From contig NW_026782248.1 in NCBI RefSeq assembly GCF_031769215.1, positions 434,001-498,000 of the forward strand: a stretch of 64,000 nucleotides of DNA. Reading direction: 5' to 3'. Shown piece by piece: positions 53,575 through 64,000 of the stretch. Below the pieces are notes generated by a model. It worked only from the letters and a program-made list of their open reading frames with translations. It made no database searches and was not told where the DNA came from. Every line of letters starts with the position of its first letter. Within the stretch, counting starts at the first letter, position 1. The DNA comes from Ylistrum balloti. Lineage: Eukaryota. The position numbers and the translations under genes are program-made.

Positions 53575-53720
53575 ACCCATCCACCCATCTACCTACCTAC
53601 CTATCCACCCACCCATCCATCTATCTACCTGCCTACCTGCCTACCTAACTACCTATCCACCCATCCACTCATCTACCTACCTACCTACCTACTGTGCCTA
53701 CCTTCTTTACCTACCTACTT
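53575..53720. repeat. Compound (CCTA/CCAT/CCAC)n microsatellite abutting the gap
   Basis: Direct observation. Confidence 0.9.
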
Positions 53721-54657
53721 TCTTACCAAGCAACCTATTTTTCAAAATGTGACAGAAAGCACTATCATTTTATGTTTTAATACAAGACAAACCTCAGATT
53801 TCCTCAGTATTCACCTGTAAGACTGTGTTGGTCGGAAAACACCTTGCATGAAAGCCTCTGCAGTGTCGGTGTTCTTAACCCCGCCCTCATCCCCCTTAAA
53901 CCCTCAACCCCAAGCCCCGCTTAACCTCAGCCCCCAAACCCCTTGTTTTTGAACTTAAATCAATTTCATTGCATAAATATTATAGAAAAGGATCGGACGC
54001 AAGCTGTCACAACATATATCCTCTCCATAATACAATTATACATGTGAATAACTTAGAAATGGCCCAAAGTTAGACCCCTGTCTTTCTGGATTTAAATATT
54101 TGCAGAAATTGAGAGATTTATTTGATTTTTGTTCTCTCTCGACTCTTTCGACTTCGGTGCACGATATTCGAGAAGGTAGATAACTCGTCCACGATCACGA
54201 CAGTCCCAAACCGATTTTTTAAAATCTATTTGCTACTGTTGTGTCCGATATTATCGTAAAGATAAGGTAACTCGTTATCCATATATCCATACCAACACTC
54301 GGTATCAAAACAAAACAGCATACAACATCTCTACTATCATCCTTGTTTCATTTACCGACTACTAAACAGCTGTCAGATGGTATTTGTTTAGAATGTATAT
54401 ACAATCTCATTCTGTGAAGTAGATAAATGGAATTGCGTCCGTTGGGAATGAAAGACTGTTTATTTAGGAAATGTTGTCAACATTCAACAATCATCAGTGT
54501 AATCTGGGTGACAGTTGTATGAAATGCCAGCCTATTGGCCGGATGTCGTAAAATGTATTTATCTGTCAGACTGCAATCTTACAACCTGACAACTATTTCA
54601 TAGTTATGTATCAACGTCAAATACCATTTCAAAATAAGACCTTGTTAAAAAAAAACT

Positions 54658-54975
54658 CCGACCAGAGCGAACCAAACAAACAACTCAGACCAGAGCGAAC
54701 CAAACAACCAAACAACTCAGACCAGAGCGAACCAAACAACCAAACAATTCAGACCAGAGCGAACCAAACAACCAAACAACTCGGACCAGAGCGAACCAAA
54801 CAACCAAACAACTCGGACCAGAGCGAACCAAACAACCAAACAACTCAGACCAGAGCGAACCAAACAACCAAACAACTCGGACCAGAGCGAACCAAACAAC
54901 CAAACAACTCGGACCAGAGCGAACGAAACAACCAAACAACTCAGACCAGAGCGAACGAAACAAACAACTCAGACA
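54658..54975. repeat. 32-bp minisatellite, about 10 copies
   Basis: Unit gaccagagcgaaccaaacaaccaaacaactcg. It explains the ORFs at 54606-55058. Confidence 0.95.
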
Positions 54976-55999
54976 AGATGGCCATCTGTTGTTTGTTTTA
55001 TCAACCTTTAATGGAATTCAATTTTTTAACGTTAACATCTCCGCGACATCATGTGTGATGTTATGGCAATAACTTTGCGTTCCAACTTCAGTTTCCACAA
55101 ACGAATATTAAAAATATCTAGAATTCTCACATGTTATGAATGAGAAAGAAAAAGAAATTGTGCTGGTCTTAAAACAAAAAAAAATTTAAATAAGAATAAT
55201 GCTACAGGCGCATAATGGTAATTACCCGATTGAGAATTTATGCCGTAACTGGAATCATGGGTCTTGTCAGGTCGTGAGACTCAGAGCTGTGTTACTCAAT
55301 AATCATGCCAAAAGTAATTCATTCCTTAACTTTCATCGTAAGTGTTATTCGTAATTTTCCATTAATGATTAAAAGCTGATAACGATATTCGATCTGTTAG
55401 TAAGAATTTTTAAATTTCTCTCCAATCAATTCTGGAATGAATACAGGAACAACACAACTAAAACGTAACACTGCGTTATTCTAATTGGATAAGAGATTGT
55501 CATGTGCAGGTTGATATGTTTCTAAATTTAGAACATCCGTCCATACGGACCCCGGAATGCGCCGTACCGTTTCGGTTCGCATTTTACATGAAGATGCGCT
55601 CCAGCTTATAAACAGAGATGGCGAATACCAGCAACTCAGTTCCAGCTAGGAGAAAGGTTATCGTGTTTGATTACAAGTACAGGCGATTTTCAAAATAAAA
55701 ATAAATTTTATTCTCTATTTTATTATCCAATTGGATAAACAACACAAAATACGAAAATGTATTTTATACACTAATGTGTTACAAATACACAATATACAAT
55801 ATATGTATATATATATGTGTGTGTGTGTCACTCCTTTCCATTAATAACTATTACATTTTACAGAAACAGAAACCCCACACAGATGAACTTCTATTACATT
55901 TTACTGCAAAATAAAAATTTCCACGTCCGTGTGTCCCTACCGGTGCCGCCTGAATGACACGTACAGGTAACACGCAACAGTACGACCCTTGTCATGATT

Positions 56000-56950
56000 T
56001 GCACGTGCAAATCATACACATAGCGCCCCCTATTGGCGACTCATACCACAGAGAAAATAATTTCACTCTAATTCCAACCCGTCAAACGGTTAAAATTATA
56101 TAAATGTCATATAAAATAGAAGGTCATCATTTCCGGTCAATATGGTGTTGTAAAAACCTGATATAAAAGAATGACCTTGATGAATGTTGGCTTTGAATCG
56201 TCTTGCAGTTTGCAGTACAAATTGGTACGAAATCATTTACATGATTATTCATCCAAAAAGGGGCATAACTCTGTATAAGATATTCAAATACCACGTTCTT
56301 CATACATAACTACAAGTATGTTTCTCTACACATTTCGGAGATGACCTTGAACGATCAATATTTGTCTGCATCTAGAAATTCCTTTTACGCGGATTAACAG
56401 GCTTTCATGTCTCGGGGCAAAATGATCATGAACATTCTACAATTATCAGCGGATCGCCGAAATACAAAATGAAGGCGATGTCACGTGGTCATGTTTCTCA
56501 GCATGCGAAATGACACGTGGTCATGCTAGTTTTCTCAGATGTAAATTCTCGGAGATCCCACTAATACCTAGATGTGCTAACACAGTAGAAGTACAACAAA
56601 ATCACCACATGAAATCTGCACGCAAGATCGATCGGTTTTCATGAGTAGTCCACGCTGTCTGCGAACTTCCAGATATATATATATATGTATATATACATGT
56701 ATGTATAGATAGTCTTTTGTGGCGCTAAAAACCCCCTAAGACAAGCAGATTTATTCAAACGACGAATGCAGTTTAGGAGATGCAGATACATACGTCTAAA
56801 ATATCTAAAACTATTCATAATCAAATAGATAGCTACCTCGGACTAGCAGACGGTTTGACAGATGGGCGGACAGCCAGACATTTCGGATTGACGGTCAGAC
56901 GGACAACGCTATACCATAATATGCTCCCACAAAATTATTGACAGGCATGA
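56000..56950 (+). mobile_element. Non-autonomous element with atgaccttga motifs and a GACA/GACG microsatellite end
   Basis: atgaccttga occurs twice, aaaaggggcataactc once, and the element ends cagacggacaacgctataccataat. Boundaries are approximate. Confidence 0.45.
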
Positions 56951-59864
56951 GAACAACAGCAACTTGAATTATCCAAGGGCGTACATTTAACTTCACTTTA
57001 AATTAAAGTACTATCCAGTGCTGAATAAATTGCGGATTTTACAATACATTTTCAACTATCGATAATCAAGATGTTTTTTTTTTCAGTTTGTCATGACCAG
57101 TATAAGACACCAATGTGTTAATGAACTCCAAAACAATAATACAGATTTACTATTTTACCAAATACGATAATTTCATAACGGGAAGTTGATTGTTCTTAAA
57201 CATATGTAAAATTGATTTACAAATTCAACAAATGATTATTTCCACATACTTCATCTTTCTATCCTCAGAAATTTAACGGAAACATTAACTGTCCCGCTGC
57301 AATGCACCCCCCCCCCCTCCTCCCAACCCGTCCTCAGCCTTTACCCTTCCTCTCCAACACTCGAACGCACGCACTGGAAGAGTGCTATAGTTCCTGATCC
57401 ACGCTATGTCATTTCAATGTGATGACACTATAAAGTCGTTCATGAGAGTCCCTACTCTCCGTGGATATCGTATAGCCTTATCTGTTACCAGGACTCAAAA
57501 CACGTAAACAAACAAATAAACAAACGAATGCACACGTGATTTTTCTTGGAAAATAATTGATTTTCTTTTATCTTCAATAATGCAATGCTATCTAGATTCA
57601 ATTAAGGAATTCGTGCTGGTGTTATATACTCACGATAAAAAAAACATTCGGTCCGAATTACGCCTGCAGTATCTCTGTACACAGCACTATCATCATAATT
57701 TCTGAAGGGAATTATACAGACATAAAGTGTATGAAGTGTAAAAGACACGATACTAAAATGCAGACGGATATTGTCGTAATAACGATATCCGTAGTCTTAC
57801 GCTCAACAATACAGGAGTTCAATGATAAGTCAAGGATATCAGATCCCAACGAACATCATCACCATCATACCTCGTCATTCCGCTTTAACGCATGGTAGAG
57901 CGTACTAAATCTATAATTTTTAAATGACGGGAACATATTCAAGAAATGAGTTGAAATTGAAAAAAAAACAAGTAAGTTCCTTTACATTCAATTTTCAGGG
58001 TTAGATTCCGTACGTGAAAAGGTCTTGGGTCACCTGTTCCATTATGTGCCCCCCCCCTCCCCCCCCCCCCCGCACCCCCACCCAACCCACCCAAAAAAAC
58101 AAAAAACAAAAACTTGCGTGCTCATTTTTATAATAAGTGTGAGTTAGTTTAACTTGTTTTGCAGTTGTACCAGCTTTATTTTAATTCAATACAATCAACA
58201 TGCAACGCTTACACAATGTACAGTACCTGGGACTTGAGCAGGACTATTCCATCCGTATTATATAATGTAATACAGAAAATGGCAACTGAACTCATTAACT
58301 TTACACTAATGATATAGGTGATGTGGTCTTAACGAAAACCGTTGACGACGAAGAGGGAGCAATTCCGCGACACATTTTCTACAAAACGTGTAAAATGTTC
58401 TCTTACTTATAAATACTTCAATTCTCAATTCATTTATTCATTCAATTTCTATTTCTTGGAGTGAAGAAACAAAAAAGAAATATATGTAGTTCATTATCAA
58501 ATATTACCCTTAGGTGTGATTACATTGTGCGATGCTTAATAAGCTAATGAATATTCATGTTTCTGTCAGTAAATTGTGAGTCACAAGTGTCAGTAAGTTG
58601 GTTAAAGACTAATTGTTTTCTATTTCTGTTAGATGAGTTTTTTTTGTACTCTTACTGTCACTGACACAAGTGTTTCTGGTGCATACATTTACTATCATTC
58701 GACAAATCTCGACTGATTCCGGTATCCTCCGTTTTTCCTGATGCCTCGACATATTAGGTCGTATTACGGTACTGCGACTTTTCCAGTAATTATTGAGATT
58801 AGTTTTACTTCTGAAACTAACACAGCTTATGTAGACTTGTGGAGATATTAAGTATGACCGGTCAAATTTAAATCATCACGGATTTTGACCTGAGATTTTA
58901 ATTCTTTTGTTAATTGCGTCCACAAATCGTCATAGGCCAAAGATGGCGTCAGTTATACGCGTATAAAATAAAAGCAATATTGGGGTTACGGTAGAGCGAC
59001 CTAAAATAAAACTGAATGACTCACAAGTACCGCCATTCGATTTATTGTGTCAATCTTATAGCATCTACTTCTGTTTTCAATTTCAAATTATAACGGTTCT
59101 TGTTCTGATACTCTTTAAACTGCCTACTTCTCTAATCCCCTGATAGATGTTTACACGATATGTAACCTTGCCAACAATTTAGCTGACGTAGTCGTGTCTA
59201 CAGCCTCTTAATGATAAGTGTTTTCATCTCATAACACTCTCTCTATTTATAGCATTAGTTTCGAATGGCATAACAAAGAGCTGGCATAACCTGTTAATTG
59301 TTATTTTCGTACTTTCTTCGCGGTACTATTTATTTGGAATTCTCCTTGTCTATAGGCAAGAACACACGATCTTAAGTATTGACATTGCCCGTGAGCTGGC
59401 ATACAATTAGAAGAGTTATTTTCGAACGAAATAGACTTGTGTGATGTCGCGATGTTTCTACATTGAGACCACAATTTAGCCTGAGCGCGAGCCAAATTAC
59501 GCTATTAATATAACGGACGAGACTTGAAAGTAACCGGGAACTGATATTTCTTATTATACATGAATAGTTAATTAATAAAGTTTGCCTGAAACGACGAAAC
59601 AAAATATGACAATTCCGATATAACAGGGATTCTCATAACAGGGTAAGCACAATGTTGGTTCATTTATAGCTGTTTCTGGTTGGTTTAGAATGTAACTTCC
59701 CTAAACTCAAAACATCGGTCGTATGAAAGGTCACGTTATGTTATAGTAACTCTCATCCCGAATCTCAGCCATCTACTGGTAATAAATGCGTGCCTGTACA
59801 TAAGTGTTACTTTACTCGTGCGTTTTCAGAAATAGGCTTTAACTAGATTCACGAAATATGAATA

Positions 59865-60180
59865 CATGAATGGAAGACAACTCCCATTGGCCAGAATTAA
59901 AAACATTATTTCTCAGTTTGATTAGGTTAAATGAATGGAAGACATCTCCCATTGGTCAGAATTAAAAACATTATTTCTCAGTTTAATTAGGTTCAATGAA
60001 TGGAAGACATCTCCAATTGGCTAGAATTAAAACACCATTCCTCAGTTTAATTAGGTTAAATGGAAGACATTTCCCATTGGCTAGAATTAAAACACTATTC
60101 CTCAGTTTGATTAGGTTCAATGAATGGAAGACATCTCCATGGCCAGTGTTAGAAAATTATCAATAAGTTTAATTAGATTC
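59865..60180. repeat. ~63-bp repeat, about 5 copies
   Basis: atgaatggaagaca.ctcccattgg.cagaattaaaa...ctcagttt.attagg recurs. Confidence 0.9.
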
Positions 60181-60419
60181 AGGTCTCCAAGTTCACTTAC
60201 TGTCTGTACTTTGCTCAAAGAGAAGCGGTACAGAAAATGAAGTGGAATGAGGGTCCTGAATTTAATGAGATTTATAAGTAAAGACACCTTCCATTGGATA
60301 GAGTTAAGAGTGTATAACTAAGCCCTCCTTTCATTAACTATAGTAATACATAAAGACTTATCTCATTTGATAGACCTTTGATTAAAGACACCTTCATTTG
60401 TCTGGAATTATCATTAATG

Positions 60420-60870
60420 CCACCTACCATAGCATAGAAGTATCACTAAAGACACCTCCCATAGCATAGAGTTATCACGAAAGACACCTCCCATAGCATA
60501 GAATTATCACTAAAGACACCTCCCATAGCATAGAGTTATCACGAAAGACACCTCCCATAGCATAGAATTATCACTAAAGACACCTCCCATAACATAAAAT
60601 TATCACTAAAGACACCTCCCATAGCATAGAATTGTCACTAAAGACACCTCCCATAGCAAAGAATTATCACTAAAGACACCTCCCATAGCATAGAATTATC
60701 ACTAAAGACACCTCCCATAGCATAGAATTATCACTAAAGACACCTCCCATAGCATAGAATTATCACTAAAGACACCTCCCATAAAATAAAATTATCACTA
60801 AAGACACCTCCCAGAGGATAGAATTGTCACTAAATACACCTCCCAGTGGACAGAATTATCACTAAAGACA
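60420..60870. repeat. 32-bp minisatellite, about 14 copies
   Basis: Unit actaaagacacctcccatagcatagaattatc, period 32. Confidence 0.95.
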
Positions 60871-63224
60871 CAATCCATTATTTGTGTAGAAAATTGTCTT
60901 TAGTTGTCTACCGTTACAACTGAAGACACTTCGCAATGGCCACAGTTTTTAACCCAAGCCAGTTCCATTGACTGAAGTCATAAATGAAGACACTTAAAAC
61001 GCGTTAAAACCAAAGACTCGCGTCGAAATTTGAACTAAAAGGTGCTTTTCACTTGTGTCTTTTTGTACCATCTTATAGACTGCAGCAGGCAAGGTAGCAT
61101 TGCCGCAACAATCAACCAATATGAAAGCAGACGAATACGGAGCAAAGAATCAAGACACTAATATTTGTGTTTGATTTTATGATGCTTCCTGTGTATCTAG
61201 TATACCATACGTCAGTTTAAGCTTGCTCACTTAATTTGCATATCCACCATTTTGGTTTTTGAATATACATGAAAGTATAACAGGAGAACAGAGAACGGGT
61301 GCAGTCTTAAAAATAACGGGGCCGGGCACATTTTCATTGGTCAATTATTTCACCTGACACCGTTCCGTATGCAATGATATATCAAAATATTCATAACATT
61401 AACGTTAATTTTTCCGAGGTTTTCACAAGAAAACAAGAACCTGAAGCGGTAAGTTCTATATAATATTTGACGTCATGTTACAAAATGGCAAGATATCACC
61501 GTTTTCGATGACTTTGGAGGACATTACTTGGTTGTATCCTTCGAGAACGGCAAGTTTCACCGTATGTAATATACAGAACCGAATCGATATTTTCAGATTC
61601 CGGAAACAATACCAAAGAAGAAGCAGATTAAAACGTTCCTCAGACCTTTGAAATGGCCAATAATGCATTTGTGGTCAAAAGTTGAAGGGGTCAGCAACGG
61701 GGCAATTAAGCTTATAACTTGCAGAACGGTTAATGAAAACAAAAACCATCAATAGGTATTCTGAACCCGGTGTCACCGTCCATCCGTTTTACCCAATAAT
61801 AACTAGATTGTTACTGTATGGCCACCAGAAGGGCGTGAGCGTTTGTAAAGTTATAGAAAGTCGAACACAGTTCAAATGTAAATGTGAATGACAGATTCAC
61901 TTGAATCATTGGCGGTTGTAGGTGTATATAGCTATATAAAGTACAGGGTTATAGGTGTATATAGGTATTTATAGTTTACGGCTGTAAGTGTATATAGGTA
62001 TATATTTAAAACAAAAAGTCCGCAGGACCGCCATTGTTATTTATACTTACGTTAAGTTGGAAAACACTCCGAAACGAAGACTTTAGAGTGCGAGATATTA
62101 AACAAACATATATCTACATCCACTTATCATTTCTACTCGAAAACTTTTCAGTGTCATCTAAGATGTATTTCCTGTTTTCTATTGTTTAAATGTAAATAAA
62201 ACCGGAAGTATCATATGCTTTCTACTTCCGTTTGTCACACTAAATTTGCCTACAGTATTAGAGGCTTTCCACATTAAAACAAACCGGAAAAACTCCCGCC
62301 AAGTAACAACACTTAGTCACCATTCGCTTCTAACCCTTCCCACTCCCCCATCCAACGAGTCCGGTGTTCTAGAGGTGAGTGTAGCGTGAACTTCTCTCCT
62401 CTTTTCCGGGACTTGAATCACAATAAGAGACTGTCTACTAAGATAACTTCCCGATTGTAATATCCGCTGTCATTGACTTGGTGGCTTTTATGACTAAAAT
62501 GCTAAAGTTCACGAGGGCCTGTCGAATTGTCATGTCACGTGCACGTGGTCAAGTACATTCACCATTTCATCATGAGGTCGGGGATCATACATATATATAT
62601 AATTTAAAAAGATAAAAACTTTGTGTATTGTATATACAGAGAAATATATTTATATATACGCTTGTGTTATCTTTAAAAGATAATTACGTTTTATTCATCA
62701 AACAAACTAGCTAGTTTGGTGACTTAAAATATTATTGAAAATATATCAAGAAGCATCAATTTCATTTTAAACACTCTTATACGGGAAATATGCAAGGCAT
62801 GAAACAATGACTTGAGGTCAGGTATATGTTTTATTATTATCATTATTATTATTTTTGCATGTAAACCTGCGAATGTGAGACAAGACATATGCATGCTAAA
62901 CAAAAAGCAAGAATTGTACGTTCATCCGATATCGACGTATGTGTACATACAAGTTATTTGACACTTAAATCATATGAACTAGAAAGATCTCATCAAAATT
63001 CTGTTGGAAGACATTGAAAACGATAATTATAGAGACCAACCGTTGAAATTATGTTATACACGTGCAGTACACGTGTTTCTTCAGACGTTTATTAAGTTCA
63101 TACGTGTTAATTAAGTATCATATGAATGTTAAAACAAATCATGGGAATTTTTTCGCGTGCAACCTATTAACGTAGTAAAATGAGCATATAACAAGTATTT
63201 GTTTCTATTTCATGCAAAGTCGTT

Positions 63225-64000
63225 AACATTTACACAGCGTATAATGTAGCACACATTACATTAGGGATGTGAATGGTTTACACAGCGTGAAATTTCTCGT
63301 GGATAGGTAATGGTGTGAAAGTTTACACAGCGTGAAATATATCAGGCATGGATAATTATTTCTCTTACCCCGGACAGGGATATCCACAGTTCTTACCTGT
63401 GTGAGATTTTTCTATCTCATCCTAGGGTTGAGACAAGCTACACGCGCTCCTTGCGCGTTCTCAACAATAATGTGACGTCACTATCTTGACCCGGAAGTGG
63501 AACTTGACATGTAAATGACATCATTGTAAAATAACGATTTAATAATATGTGTTGATTTTGTGTATATATTGAAGTCATTAAAATTGTTTTTTATCATTAA
63601 TATTATGCCTTTTTATGTTTTACTCTACCGTTAATGGGAATTATATTTTGTGCGGGATATCACAATTAAGCGTGACGCGGTTGAGATGGCCTCGTCACTA
63701 TATTCATACGTTGTCTACGAGTTTTTGTTTACAAACATTCTATTTCGTATTTTACAATCAACGGGGGAACAGGGTAAGAGAAAAATAATCATTCACCCCC
63801 TTTGGGATGAGACAGGGGGGTCTCAACCCTCGAAAGGATTATCAAGCTGTCAAACACTCGGCAAGCCTAGTGTTTGACAACTTAATAACCCCACTTGGGT
63901 TGAGATCCCCCTGTCTGACCCCAAAGGGGATGAAAGATTCTATTAGTAGACGTTTACACAGCGTGAAATGTCTCATGCAAAGACAGTCGTGTAAACGTTT
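63225..64000. mobile_element. Probable non-autonomous element with repeated gtttacacagcgtgaaat boxes (Crypton-like by recall)
   Basis: The motif occurs near 63277, 63322 and 63952 (variant near 63228), and gggttgaga occurs twice. The superfamily is not demonstrable from this window. Confidence 0.35.

Overview
AT-rich eukaryotic genomic DNA with no long bona fide ORFs. Its repeat families resemble those I associate with bivalve molluscs (oyster-like); that assignment is inference. Roughly a fifth of the window is tandem minisatellite (units of about 26, 28, 32, 33, 36, 43, 45, 55, 63, 86 and 96 bp), and these arrays explain essentially all long ORFs in the track. The rest holds decayed transposons (the 5' part of a LINE with ORF1 and APE endonuclease, TTAA-flanked Kolobok-like elements, non-autonomous elements with core repeats, tRNA-like SINE heads), a 175-N gap and a few unassigned candidate exons. 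The standout is a 10-copy head-to-tail array at 37426-37875 whose 45-bp unit, read on the minus strand, is exactly one minimal type I hammerhead ribozyme. Its stem III variants fall into mutually complementary pairs, which suggests hetero-dimeric self-cleavage.
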